Positions 40,172 to 50,011 of a stretch of DNA of 64,000 nt are shown here, piece by piece. Under the pieces are notes generated by a model. It made no database searches. It saw only the letters and a program-made list of their open reading frames with translations, and was not told where the DNA came from. This DNA is from Pedosphaera parvula Ellin514 (GTDB taxonomy: Bacteria; Verrucomicrobiota; Verrucomicrobiia; Limisphaerales; JADJPG01). Position 1 is the first letter of the stretch. Each line of letters starts with the position of its first letter. The stretch is taken from the NCBI GenBank assembly GCA_943332515.1, contig CALQPR010000013.1, forward strand, positions 21,106 through 85,105, given 5' to 3'. The translations under genes and the position numbers were made by a program.

Positions 40172-43162
40172 ATGCGAACATCCTTACTTCTGTCTTCTGC
40201 CGTGTTCATCCTGGCCGCGTCGGCCTTCGCGGAGGTGCCTGCTCCCTACAATTCCGACAAGTCCACCAATCGCCCGCTCGCACCCGAGGCCGCCGCTGCC
40301 CAGTGGAAACTTCCCGACGGATTGACGGCCACGGTCTTCGCCGCCGAGCCGGACGTGCGCCAGCCCATCGCGATGGCGATGGACGGTCGCGGCCGGCTCT
40401 GGGTCGCGGAGTGTTATACCTACGCCGAGGTGCGGAAGGGTTTCGACAGCGAACTGCGCGACCGCATCGTGATCTTCGAGGACGCGGATGGCGACGGGCG
40501 TTTCGACAAGCGCACCGTGTTTTGCGAAGATCTTCAGCGCCTCAGCAGCGTCGAAGTCGGCTTCGGCGGCGTGTGGGCCATCACCAGCCCGACGATGGTT
40601 TTCATTCCCGACCGTGACGGCGACGACCGTCCCGACGGCCCGGCGCAAGTGATGCTCGATGGCTTCGATTGGGAGCGGAATCATCACACGATGGCGAATG
40701 GATTGCGCTGGGGACCGGATGGCTGGCTCTACGGTCGGCAAGGTATTCAGGCAGTTTCCGCCATCGGCAAACCGGGCGCGCCGGAAACCAGACGCGTGAA
40801 GACCAACGGGGGCATCTGGCGTTATCATCCGCAGCGCCAGACGGTGGAGATCGTCTGTGACGGCACGACGAATCCGTGGGGCATGGACTGGAACGAATAC
40901 GGCGAAACCTTTTTCATCAACACCGTCATCGGCCATCTCTGGCACGTTACGGCTGGCGCGCATTACCGCCGGATGCACGGCAGCGATCTGAATCCACACG
41001 CCTACGAAATCATCGAGCAATACGCCGATCACGTTCACTGGGCGGCGGGCGAACGGTGGAACGACTGGCAGAAGCTCGGCACCACCGACGCGACCTCGGC
41101 GGCAGGCGGCGGTCACGCGCACACCGGCCTGATGTTCTACGGCGGCGACAACTGGCCGGACTCCTGGCGCGGAAAACTTTTCACGATCAACTTCAACGGA
41201 CGCCGGTTGAACGTCGAGAACGTCACGCGCGACGGCTCCGGCTACGTCGGTAAACATGCGCCGGACATCGGCTTCTCCGCCGACCCGTGGTTTCGCGGCA
41301 TCGATTTGATCTACGGACCGGACGGCGGCGCGTTCATCGCTGACTGGTCGGACTCCGGCGAATGCCACGATAACGACGGCGTGTTCCGCCAGTCCGGCCG
41401 CATCTACAAAATCACCCACGGCCAGCCGACGCGCCCGGCCATCGCGGACATTGCGAAGTTGTCGCCGCAGGAGTTGTTGCCGCTGCTGGATCACAAGAAC
41501 GAGTTCTTCGCGCGCCACGCCCGGCGACGTTTGCAGGAGCTCGCCGCGACCGGCGTGGACCTCACGAAAGTTCGCGCTGCGTTGCGCGAGAAGTTCGCGA
41601 AGGAGTCCGATGTTGTAAGGAAGCTTCGTGCGCTGTGGTCGCTGCATGCGAGCGGCGGTGCGGACGCCGCATTTCTTCGCGCGCAATTGAGCCACGCCAG
41701 CGAGCACGTCCGGACGTGGGCCATCCGCTTCCTTGTGGATGACACCTCCGTCATCGCCAGCGATACGGCGTCCACTGAATCACTCACTCGACTGGCCGCG
41801 ACCGAGCCTTCGTCCTTCGTCCGTCTCGCGCTCGCCTCCGCGCTGCAACGGCTGCCGCTGGCCCAACGCGCCGCGCTGGCCCGCCCGTTGATGAGCCGCG
41901 CCGAAGATGCCGCTGATCACAATCTCCCGCAGATGCTCTGGTATGGCGTGGAACCGCTCGGCAATTCCGATCCCGCTGCGCTCGCTTCGCTGGGGATTGG
42001 GTGTGAACTGCCGCTGACCCGTCGCTGCATTGCCCGTCGTCTCACTGGGAGCCGAGAGAAGTCCGACGCGCCGCTCAATTCCCTTCTGACGAAAGCGGCC
42101 GCAGACGCTCGCTGGCAAACGGATATCCTCGCCGGAATGCGTGACGCTCTGAAAGGCGAACGTCAGGCCATGCCGCCGAGTGCGTGGAAAACCGTTGCGC
42201 CTGTGTTTGCCAGGAACGCCGACGCGAAAGTGCAGGAATCTTTCCGCGCTCTCGGCGCGGTGTTCGCCGATCCGCTCGCGCTCGAAGCCACCCGTGCCGT
42301 TGTGCTGAATCCATCCACGAGCATTGAGATTCGCCGGACCGCGCTGCGTTCGTTGATCGACAGCCGCGCTGCCGGTTTGCGCGCCGTCTGCGAAACGGTT
42401 CTGACCGAGCCCGGACTTTCGGCCACCGCCGCCGATGGCCTGGCCCTGGAGAAGGATCCCGCTGTGGCGGACGCCATTCTCGTGAGGTTTGCCGCCATTG
42501 CGCCTGCTGAAAAGGGTGCCGTGCTCAGCACGCTCGTCTCGCGTTCCACGTGGGCGGGCCGCGTGCTCGAGGCCGTTGCCGCGGGCAAGTTGCCGCGTGG
42601 TGAACTTACTTCCTTTCACGCGCGGCAGATTCGCGGCTTCAACGACGCCGCGTTGACGAAGCGCCTCGGTGAAGTCTGGGGAGTGTCCCGCGATTCCGAC
42701 GCGGAGAAGCTGGCGCAGATGGCGCGCTGGAAGAACCGGCTCACTCCCGCCGTGCTCAAGCAGGCCGACCAGACCAAAGGCCGCGCGCTCTACAACAAAG
42801 TTTGCGCGGCGTGTCACATCCTCAACGGCGAAGGTGGGAAGATCGGTCCAGAGCTGACCGGCAGCGGGCGTGACAACCTCGATTACCTGCTGCAAAACAT
42901 TCTCGATCCGAGCGCCGCCGTGGCGCGCGAGTTTCAGCTCGTCACTCTGAACATGAAGGATGGACGTGCCCTCAGCGGCTTCGTCCGTTCGCGCACCGAA
43001 CGCATCGTCGTGCTCCAGACATTGGCTGAAGCCATTTCGCTTTCCGCCGCCGACATCGCTGAGACGGAAGGCTCCACCCTGTCACTCATGCCCGAGGGAT
43101 TGATGGAATCGCTCAGCGAGAATGACGTGCGCGATCTCATCGGCTATCTCATGCAGAAGTAG
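40172..43162 (+). CDS. PVC-type membrane-bound dehydrogenase domain + HEAT + CxxCH heme-binding protein
   Basis: FAAEPDVRQPIAMAMDGRGRLWVAE, NGLRWGPDGWLYG, NPWGMDW; C-terminal GRALY..CAACH..GGKIGPELT..ILDPS..SLMPEGL. Confidence 0.88.
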   Translation: MRTSLLLSSAVFILAASAFAEVPAPYNSDKSTNRPLAPEAAAAQWKLPDGLTATVFAAEPDVRQPIAMAMDGRGRLWVAECYTYAEVRKGFDSELRDRIVIFEDADGDGRFDKRTVFCEDLQRLSSVEVGFGGVWAITSPTMVFIPDRDGDDRPDGPAQVMLDGFDWERNHHTMANGLRWGPDGWLYGRQGIQAVSAIGKPGAPETRRVKTNGGIWRYHPQRQTVEIVCDGTTNPWGMDWNEYGETFFINTVIGHLWHVTAGAHYRRMHGSDLNPHAYEIIEQYADHVHWAAGERWNDWQKLGTTDATSAAGGGHAHTGLMFYGGDNWPDSWRGKLFTINFNGRRLNVENVTRDGSGYVGKHAPDIGFSADPWFRGIDLIYGPDGGAFIADWSDSGECHDNDGVFRQSGRIYKITHGQPTRPAIADIAKLSPQELLPLLDHKNEFFARHARRRLQELAATGVDLTKVRAALREKFAKESDVVRKLRALWSLHASGGADAAFLRAQLSHASEHVRTWAIRFLVDDTSVIASDTASTESLTRLAATEPSSFVRLALASALQRLPLAQRAALARPLMSRAEDAADHNLPQMLWYGVEPLGNSDPAALASLGIGCELPLTRRCIARRLTGSREKSDAPLNSLLTKAAADARWQTDILAGMRDALKGERQAMPPSAWKTVAPVFARNADAKVQESFRALGAVFADPLALEATRAVVLNPSTSIEIRRTALRSLIDSRAAGLRAVCETVLTEPGLSATAADGLALEKDPAVADAILVRFAAIAPAEKGAVLSTLVSRSTWAGRVLEAVAAGKLPRGELTSFHARQIRGFNDAALTKRLGEVWGVSRDSDAEKLAQMARWKNRLTPAVLKQADQTKGRALYNKVCAACHILNGEGGKIGPELTGSGRDNLDYLLQNILDPSAAVAREFQLVTLNMKDGRALSGFVRSRTERIVVLQTLAEAISLSAADIAETEGSTLSLMPEGLMESLSENDVRDLIGYLMQK

Positions 43163-43230
43163 GCGGCCGGGTCGGCGGGCTAAGTGATCTATTGCTGAAC
43201 GTGAAGGTGTCTGCTTTCGTCAATTGACCC

Positions 43231-46200
43231 ATGCGCAAGCCAGTCAGTAACCAACGTCGGGCGGCATCGCGTGCAGTTCTCTGCACGGCGGGCCTGTTTG
43301 TTGTCTTGCTGGTCGCGCTGGTTTCCACGGCTGGTGCCGCTGCAAAATCTCGGATCGAGGTGCCGCAGCGCGCGATGGGGTTGCTCCATGACCAGTGTCT
43401 CTCGTGCCACAACGAGGAGAAGAAAAAAGGCGGACTCTCGATGCACTCTCGCACCGCGCTGCTCAGGGGTGGCGACAGCGGCAAGGTCATCTCCAGCGGC
43501 AAGCCGGGCGCGAGTCTTCTGTACAATGCGCTGCTGCCGGACGCCGATCCGCACATGCCGCCGAAGAAACAGCTCTCGACGAATCAAATCGAAATTGTCC
43601 GGCGCTGGATCGCGGAGGGCGTGAAGTGGGACGAAGCGGCGATGCGCGGCGAGAAGCCCGTGCGCGAGGTGAAGCTCGAACCTTTGCCGCCCGGCCGCGC
43701 GCCGGTGGTGGCGCTGGCGCTGGCACCGGATGGACGATTGCTGGCGATCGGACGCGGGCAGCGCATCCTCGTTCATGACACGCTGGCCACGAACTTTCCG
43801 GTTGTCGCAGACTTCGAGGCGCATCGCGATGCCGTGCGGGCGCTGGCCTGGAGTCCGGACGGAAGAACGCTGGCGAGTGGCGCGTTTCGTGAGCTGACCT
43901 TGTGGGACACGAATGGTTTCAAAGCGAACTGGTCGGTGCGAACCGGATGGGTCGGTCGGGTGACGGCGCTGCGTTTCAGTTCCTACGGCGGTGCGCTGGT
44001 CGCGGCGGACAGTGCCATTGCGGAGAGCGGCTGGATCAGGCTCTTCGCTGCTGGGTCCGGCAAGCCGACGGCGGCCTGGCTGGCGCACGCCGATTCCATC
44101 TACGACCTCGCAGTCAGCCCGGACGGCGGGATGCTCGCGACGGCTGGCGGCGACAAGGTGATTAAACTTTGGGAAGTGATTTCGCAGCGCGAGATAGCGC
44201 GGCTCGAAGGACACGTCGGCGCGGTCACGGGTCTTGGCTTCAACACCAACGGCACGGAGCTGGTCAGCGTGAGTTTGGACAAGCAGCTCAAGATCTGGGA
44301 CGTGAAGACACGCGAGAGCACGCTGACCATTGGTGGACGCAAGCAGGGCTTCAACGCGGCGGCGTGGTCGGCGAATGGCGGCGCGGTGGTGGCCGTGGAT
44401 GACGGAGGGCAGGTGGATTCGTTCAAGAACTTCAAACGTCATTCCGGCGAGCAGAGTTCTGCGACGGCGGATGAGAAGCAGTTGGGCCGCTGGCCGGAAT
44501 CGCTGCATGCGGTCGCCGTCAGCGCCGATGGCATGCGCGCCTTCACCGGCGGTCAGGACGGCGTGGTCCATGTCGTGAGCAGCGAGGGCAAGACGCTCGC
44601 GACGCTGCGGCAGCAGGAAGGCGTCGCCGACAATTCTTCATCCGGCAGCAGCCGAGGTAACGAGGCTCCAATCGGCGGGAAGAAGTCGAAGGCTAAGAAA
44701 GATCAGAGCCTCCTGACGTCGGCTGCTACGAGTGATGGTGCGCGCTTGGAGGCTGACGGTTCATCGCCGTCCTTCGTGCGTGACGTGATGCCGCTGCTGG
44801 CCCGGGCCGGTTGCGCGGCGGGCTCTTGCCACGCCAAGGCTGATGGGCAGAACGGCTTCAAGCTGTCGGTCTTTAACTACGACCTGAAATCCGACTTTGC
44901 CGAGATTGTGAAGGAAGGACGCGGGCGGCGCGTGTTCCCCGCAGCACCGGACGAAAGCCTGTTGCTGCTCAAATCCACGCTGGCGGTCGAGCACGGCGGC
45001 GGTCAGCGCATCGAACCCGGCTCGCCGACGCACGAGACGTTGCTGCGGTGGATTCGCGGCGGGATGATTTATCAGCACACGAACGAGCCGGCACTGGTCC
45101 GCGTGGACGTCGAGCCGCGCGAGCAACGCTACAAGAAAGGCGCAAAGCAGCCGTTGCGGGTCACGGCTCATTACTCGGATAACACGACTCGCGATGTGAC
45201 CGCGCTCGCGGATTACTCGGCGAGCGACAAGGAGATCGCTGCCGTGGACGAAACGGGGATCGTGCGCGTCGGCCAGCTCAGCGGCGAAAGCGCGGTGGTC
45301 GCGCGCTACATGGGATTCGTTGATGCGTCGCGCATCACCATCCCGGCGGATCGGTTGCTGCCGGAGGAGCGTTACACCGCGCTGCCGCGAAATAATTTCA
45401 TCGACGACCTCGCGTGGGCGCAGTTCCGCAAACTCGGCTTGTTCCCGAGCGAGCCTTGCACGGACGCCGAGTTTCTCCGGCGTTCGACGCTCGACACCAT
45501 TGGCGTGTTGCCGTCGGCGGACGAAGCTCGGGCGTTCCTCGCGGACCAGAATCCTCGCAAACGCGAGCTGTGGATTGAGCGCCTGCTTGCGCATCCGGCC
45601 TACGCGGATTTCTGGGCGAACAAATGGGCCGACCTGCTGCGGCCGAATCCTGATCGCGTCGGCGTGAAGAGCGTCTTCACCCTCGACCAATGGCTGCGCG
45701 AAAGCTTTCGCGCGAACAAACATTACGACCAGTTCGCGCGCGAGATTCTGCTCGCGGAAGGGAACAATCATCGCGACGGCCCGGCGGTTATCTACCGCGA
45801 CCGCCGCGAGCCGTCTGACCTCACGACGATGTTCAGCCAGCTTTTCCTCGGCGTGCGGATGGAGTGCGCGAAGTGCCATCATCATCCGAACGAGAAGTGG
45901 AGCCAGGACGACTTCTACCAGTTCGCGGCCTTCTTCGGAACCGTGAAACACAAGGGTGCGGGACTCTCACCGCCGATCTCCGCTGGCAACGAGACGTTCT
46001 ACTTTGCGCCCGGCGGCACGGTGAAACATCCGCTCACCGACGAGGTGATGAAGCCGCGTCCGCCCGACGGCGCGTTCGCCGACGACACGAAGACCGATCC
46101 GCGCCGCGCCCTCGTGGAGTGGCTGACGGCGGAGAAGAATCCGTTTTTCGCCCGCGCCACGGTGAACCGGGTGTGGGCTGGGTTTTTCGGTCGCGGGTTC

Positions 46201-46872
46201 GTGGATCCGGTGGATGATTTCCGAGTGTCGAACCCGGTGGTGAACGAGCCGTTGCTCAACGCGGTCGCCGCGGACTTCGCCAAGCACAGCTACGATTTGA
46301 AGAATCTCGTGCGAACCATCCTGCGGTCGCGGCTCTACCAGCTCAGCTCCGAACCGAACGAATGGAACCTCACCGACACAAAAAACTTCTCACGCTCGCT
46401 GCGCCGCCGGCTGCCGGCTGAGGCATTGCTCGACGCGGTGGTCGATGTGACGGGCGTGCCGGAAGAATTCAATGGCGTGGCCCCCGGCGCGCGCGCGATG
46501 CAAACGTGGAGCTACAAGATTGGGTCACACTTCCTCGATGCCTTCGGTCGGCCGAACTCCAGCAGCGATTGCCCGTGCGAACGAGACTTGCGCACGAGCG
46601 TCGTGCAATCGCTCCACATGATGAACTCGAAGGCGCTCCAGACGAAGCTCGCCCAAAGCACGGGTCGCGCGGCGAAACTGGCGGCGAGCACGCGTTCGCC
46701 GGAGGACATCGTGACGGAGCTGTATTTCACTCTGTTCAACCGCCCGCCGACGGATGCGGAGCTGAAGACGGCGACCGCCGCTTTCGCCGCCAAGGACGCG
46801 ACCCGGCAAACGGCGACCGAGGATGTCTTCTGGGCTCTGTTGAACTCGGCGGAGTTTGTCTTCAACCATTGA
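43231..46872 (+). CDS. Fusion protein: planctomycete cytochrome c + WD40 repeats + Ig-like + DUF1549 + DUF1553
   Basis: CLSCH..HMPP; WD40 repeats (AHRDAVRALAWSPDG, AHADSIYDLAVSPDG, GHVGAVTGLGF); GCAAGSCH, EFLRRSTLD, ECAKCHHHP, NPFFARATVNRVW, CPCER, WALLNSAEFVFNH. Confidence 0.87.
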   Translation: MRKPVSNQRRAASRAVLCTAGLFVVLLVALVSTAGAAAKSRIEVPQRAMGLLHDQCLSCHNEEKKKGGLSMHSRTALLRGGDSGKVISSGKPGASLLYNALLPDADPHMPPKKQLSTNQIEIVRRWIAEGVKWDEAAMRGEKPVREVKLEPLPPGRAPVVALALAPDGRLLAIGRGQRILVHDTLATNFPVVADFEAHRDAVRALAWSPDGRTLASGAFRELTLWDTNGFKANWSVRTGWVGRVTALRFSSYGGALVAADSAIAESGWIRLFAAGSGKPTAAWLAHADSIYDLAVSPDGGMLATAGGDKVIKLWEVISQREIARLEGHVGAVTGLGFNTNGTELVSVSLDKQLKIWDVKTRESTLTIGGRKQGFNAAAWSANGGAVVAVDDGGQVDSFKNFKRHSGEQSSATADEKQLGRWPESLHAVAVSADGMRAFTGGQDGVVHVVSSEGKTLATLRQQEGVADNSSSGSSRGNEAPIGGKKSKAKKDQSLLTSAATSDGARLEADGSSPSFVRDVMPLLARAGCAAGSCHAKADGQNGFKLSVFNYDLKSDFAEIVKEGRGRRVFPAAPDESLLLLKSTLAVEHGGGQRIEPGSPTHETLLRWIRGGMIYQHTNEPALVRVDVEPREQRYKKGAKQPLRVTAHYSDNTTRDVTALADYSASDKEIAAVDETGIVRVGQLSGESAVVARYMGFVDASRITIPADRLLPEERYTALPRNNFIDDLAWAQFRKLGLFPSEPCTDAEFLRRSTLDTIGVLPSADEARAFLADQNPRKRELWIERLLAHPAYADFWANKWADLLRPNPDRVGVKSVFTLDQWLRESFRANKHYDQFAREILLAEGNNHRDGPAVIYRDRREPSDLTTMFSQLFLGVRMECAKCHHHPNEKWSQDDFYQFAAFFGTVKHKGAGLSPPISAGNETFYFAPGGTVKHPLTDEVMKPRPPDGAFADDTKTDPRRALVEWLTAEKNPFFARATVNRVWAGFFGRGFVDPVDDFRVSNPVVNEPLLNAVAADFAKHSYDLKNLVRTILRSRLYQLSSEPNEWNLTDTKNFSRSLRRRLPAEALLDAVVDVTGVPEEFNGVAPGARAMQTWSYKIGSHFLDAFGRPNSSSDCPCERDLRTSVVQSLHMMNSKALQTKLAQSTGRAAKLAASTRSPEDIVTELYFTLFNRPPTDAELKTATAAFAAKDATRQTATEDVFWALLNSAEFVFNH
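44645..44729. repeat. REP-like 24-bp imperfect inverted repeat embedded in-frame in a CDS
   Basis: GCAGCAGCCGAGGTAACGAGGCTC (44645-44668) versus GAGCCTCCTGACGTCGGCTGCTAC (44706-44729): 20/24 complementary, with a 37-nt purine-rich spacer. Confidence 0.75.
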
Positions 46873-46936
46873 ATGCCATGGCGCAAACACTTGTTTTCAA
46901 TTCGATGAATCAACAATCTCATTCCGTCAAAAGCCC

Positions 46937-48280
46937 ATGAACCGCATCACCCGAAACTGCGCCGGCTTCTCCCGCCGCGACTTCATTCAGCTCGGACTCG
47001 GCGGCACGCTGGGGCTGGGCTTCAGCGATCTGTTGCGGCTGCGCGCGGGCGCGGCGGCTCCCGTGCTTCAGCCGAAGGTTGGCGGCAAGAACATCAATTG
47101 CATCCTCGTGTGGCTCGACGGCGGGCCGTCGCACTACGAGACGTTTGATCCGAAGCCGGACGCGCCCTCGGAGATTCGCGGAGACTTCAAGGCCATTCCC
47201 ACCAAGGTGCCCGGCATTCGGTTCAGCGAGTGCGTGCCGAAGCTCGCGGGTGTCGCGGACAAGCTCACCATCGTCCGCTCGATCTGGCACAAGGATCCGA
47301 ATCACGGCGGCGGCAATCACTACATGATGACCGGCATGCCCACGCCAACGCCCGTGGCCTGTGGTGCATTCGTGACCTTTCATCCGTCCTTCGGATCGAT
47401 GGTGTCGCACGATCGCGGCCTGCGCCACGGCATGCCCGCCTATATGTCGATGCCTCAGGTATCGCGCTCGGGCGGACCGAATTTCCTCGGCGGCCAGCAC
47501 GCGCCGTTCGTCATCGATGGCAATCCGAACGGCGAAGGCTTCAAGGTGCGCGACGTCGTCCTGCCGCCGGCCATCAGCGAAGGTCGCGCGGACAACCGGC
47601 AGGCATTGCGCAAGGCGCTCGACCAGATGCAGCGCCACACGGAGAAGCTCGCGGACGATCCAGCGGTGACGTTCGACAAGTTTTACGAGCAGGGCATCGA
47701 CCTCGTGGCCTCGCCGCAGGCGCAGCAGGCGTTCGACATCGCGCGCGAGTCGGCGAAGGTGCGCGATGCCTATGGGCGCAACGATCTCGGCCAGCGAATG
47801 TTGATGGCGCGGCGGCTCGTGGAGGTGGGAGTGAGTTTCGTGACGGTCTATTACGGTGGCTGGGATAATCACACGAAGATCTTCGAGACGTATCGCGGCG
47901 ACTTCATGAAGAAGTTTGATCAAGGACTCGCAGCGATGATCAGCGACCTGGATGAACGCGGGCTGCTGGACAACACGATGGTCATCGCGCTCGGCGAGTT
48001 TGGTCGCACGCCGAAGGTGAACAAAGATGCCGGCCGCGATCATTGGCCGGGCGCGATGTCCGTGCTGATGGCTGGCGCCGGAATTCCCCGCGGGCAGGTC
48101 GTGGGTGCGACCGATGCGCGCGGCTACTACGCTTCGGAGAATGTCCACACGCCGGAGGATTTCGCGGCGTCGCTTTACACGAAGATGGGCATCGACCCGC
48201 AGCAGGTGCTGCACACCAACACGGGCCGCCCGGTTCAACTGGTGAACAACGGGCACTTGATCAAGGAGCTGTTCGCGTGA
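46937..48280 (+). CDS. DUF1501 family protein (Tat-exported)
   Basis: Start MNRITRNCAGFSRRDF; WLDGGPSHYETFDPKP, ARRLVEVGV, GWDNH, GEFGRTP, GRDHW. Confidence 0.9.
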   Translation: MNRITRNCAGFSRRDFIQLGLGGTLGLGFSDLLRLRAGAAAPVLQPKVGGKNINCILVWLDGGPSHYETFDPKPDAPSEIRGDFKAIPTKVPGIRFSECVPKLAGVADKLTIVRSIWHKDPNHGGGNHYMMTGMPTPTPVACGAFVTFHPSFGSMVSHDRGLRHGMPAYMSMPQVSRSGGPNFLGGQHAPFVIDGNPNGEGFKVRDVVLPPAISEGRADNRQALRKALDQMQRHTEKLADDPAVTFDKFYEQGIDLVASPQAQQAFDIARESAKVRDAYGRNDLGQRMLMARRLVEVGVSFVTVYYGGWDNHTKIFETYRGDFMKKFDQGLAAMISDLDERGLLDNTMVIALGEFGRTPKVNKDAGRDHWPGAMSVLMAGAGIPRGQVVGATDARGYYASENVHTPEDFAASLYTKMGIDPQQVLHTNTGRPVQLVNNGHLIKELFA

Positions 48281-49797
48281 TGGGCGGATGGCGTGGTCGG
48301 AGCGTGATTCTCTTCATCCTCGGAATGGCGATCGCCACTGGCGTGAGAGCTGAGGCGCCCACGGTCGAACACGTCTATCCCGCTGGCTTGACGCGTGGTT
48401 CGACGAATGTCGTCACCATCGCCGGGAAGTTTGAACCCTGGCCACCGAAAGTCTGGTTGAGTTGCACGGGTGTTGTCTTCACCGCCGAAACGAACAAGGG
48501 CAAGTTCCGCGTGGAGACGAAGGCGGATGCTCCGGCCGGCGCGCACTGGCTTCGGGTGTTCAATGCCGATGGGGCAAGCCTGCCGCGCATCTTTGTCATT
48601 GCGGGCGGGGCGCAAGTTCTCGAAGCCGAGCCGAACGATCATTTCACCAACGCGCAGCCCGTCGCTCCGCTGCCGATGACGGTGAACGGTCGGCTTGATA
48701 AATCCGGCGACGTGGATTCCTTCGCCGTGACGCTCGCTGCCGGGCAATGGCTCGATGCGCGGCTCGACGCCTACACGCTCGCTTCCAAGATGGACGCGCT
48801 GCTGCGTCTCGTGACTCCCGATGGCGTGCAACAAATGTGGAACCATGATTTCGACACGCTCGATCCGCGCCTCCTCTGGCAGGCTCCGTCCAATGGCAGC
48901 TACGTGGTGCAGGTGATGGGCTTCAAGCATCCCGCCGATGCAGAGGTGCGGCTGACGGGCGGCGATGGCTGTGTTTACCGGCTGCATCTCGCCGTTGGAT
49001 CGGAGCGTCCAGATGTATTCGGCGGCAAGGGAGACGCCACGGAACAGGAGCCGAACAACTCGGTGACCAACGCGATGGTGGTGGCATTGCCCGCGAGCGT
49101 TCGTGGCGTGATCGGCGGCGCGGAGGACGAGGATTGCTTCGCGTTCGAGGTGAAGAAAGGCGAGTCCATCGAAGTGTCCGTTGATGCTGCCTCCGCCGGC
49201 TCCGCGCTCGATGCATTGCTGCGCATCACCGACGCGACCGGCAAGGAACTCGCCCGCAACGACGACGCCAGCGGCTCGCGCGATCCGCGTCTTGAATGGA
49301 AGGCACCGACGAACGGGACCTTCTGCGTGGTCGTGGGCAACCTGTTGCATAGCGGCGGCACGAATCATTATTACCGGCTCTCGTTGCAACGCCTCGCGCC
49401 GGACCTCAAGGCGAGCCTGGCCGCGAACTTCATCACCGTTACCGCCGGCGATACCAACGAAGTGAAGTTCACGGTGACGCGGCTGCGCGGCTTCGAGCGC
49501 AAGCTCAAGGCGCGATTGAAAGGACTTCCTGATGGGCTGCGCGCCGAACCGGTGGACGTGTCGGAGAAGAGTGGCGACAACACACTGAAGCTGATCGTGG
49601 CCGCTGACGCCAAAGTGACGCAGGTGCCGTTACGTCTCGTGATTACGGATGTGGAATCGGGGGAGGAACGAGTCGCCTCGTTTGGCCTTTCCAGTTCCAG
49701 CGAAGATAACGGCGTGCCCGGCGGCTATACGAAATTGCTCGTCGAATCGGTCGGTCAACTCTGGCTCACGGTCAAGGCGAAGCCGGCTGTGAAGTAG
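48280..49797 (+). CDS. PPC (pre-peptidase C-terminal) domain secreted protein
   Basis: ATG overlaps the DUF1501 stop; VYPAG, EAEPND..NGRL...DVDSF and EQEPNN..RGVI...DEDCF repeats; usual partner of DUF1501/DUF1549 cassettes. Confidence 0.8.
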   Translation: MGGWRGRSVILFILGMAIATGVRAEAPTVEHVYPAGLTRGSTNVVTIAGKFEPWPPKVWLSCTGVVFTAETNKGKFRVETKADAPAGAHWLRVFNADGASLPRIFVIAGGAQVLEAEPNDHFTNAQPVAPLPMTVNGRLDKSGDVDSFAVTLAAGQWLDARLDAYTLASKMDALLRLVTPDGVQQMWNHDFDTLDPRLLWQAPSNGSYVVQVMGFKHPADAEVRLTGGDGCVYRLHLAVGSERPDVFGGKGDATEQEPNNSVTNAMVVALPASVRGVIGGAEDEDCFAFEVKKGESIEVSVDAASAGSALDALLRITDATGKELARNDDASGSRDPRLEWKAPTNGTFCVVVGNLLHSGGTNHYYRLSLQRLAPDLKASLAANFITVTAGDTNEVKFTVTRLRGFERKLKARLKGLPDGLRAEPVDVSEKSGDNTLKLIVAADAKVTQVPLRLVITDVESGEERVASFGLSSSSEDNGVPGGYTKLLVESVGQLWLTVKAKPAVK

Positions 49798-49815
49798 AGT
49801 CTGCGTTGCGGGTTC

Positions 49816-49845
49816 AACCACGGATGGACACGGATGCCCGCAGAT
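49816..49845. repeat. Three imperfect 10-bp tandem units
   Basis: AACCACGGAT GGACACGGAT GCCCGCAGAT in the gap between convergent genes. Confidence 0.5.
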
Positions 49846-49901
49846 AGAAACAGGAGTTGACTTCAAAACCTGCGACATGTTTGGCGTCTTGCATGGTCTC
49901 A

Positions 49902-49940
49902 CCCTTCACCCCGGCCCTCTCCCCGTTGAGGGGAGAGGGA
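49902..49940. repeat. REP-like GC-rich palindrome
   Basis: CCCTTCACCCCGG leader, then a perfect 10-bp stem CCCTCTCCCC-GTTGA-GGGGAGAGGG (49915-49939). Confidence 0.65.
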
Positions 49941-50011
49941 GCGCGACAAACAGTTTTGTTTCAGGTGGCATTTTGCGCCGCGTCCGTGGCGTTCAGGATG
50001 TTCATGCCAGC

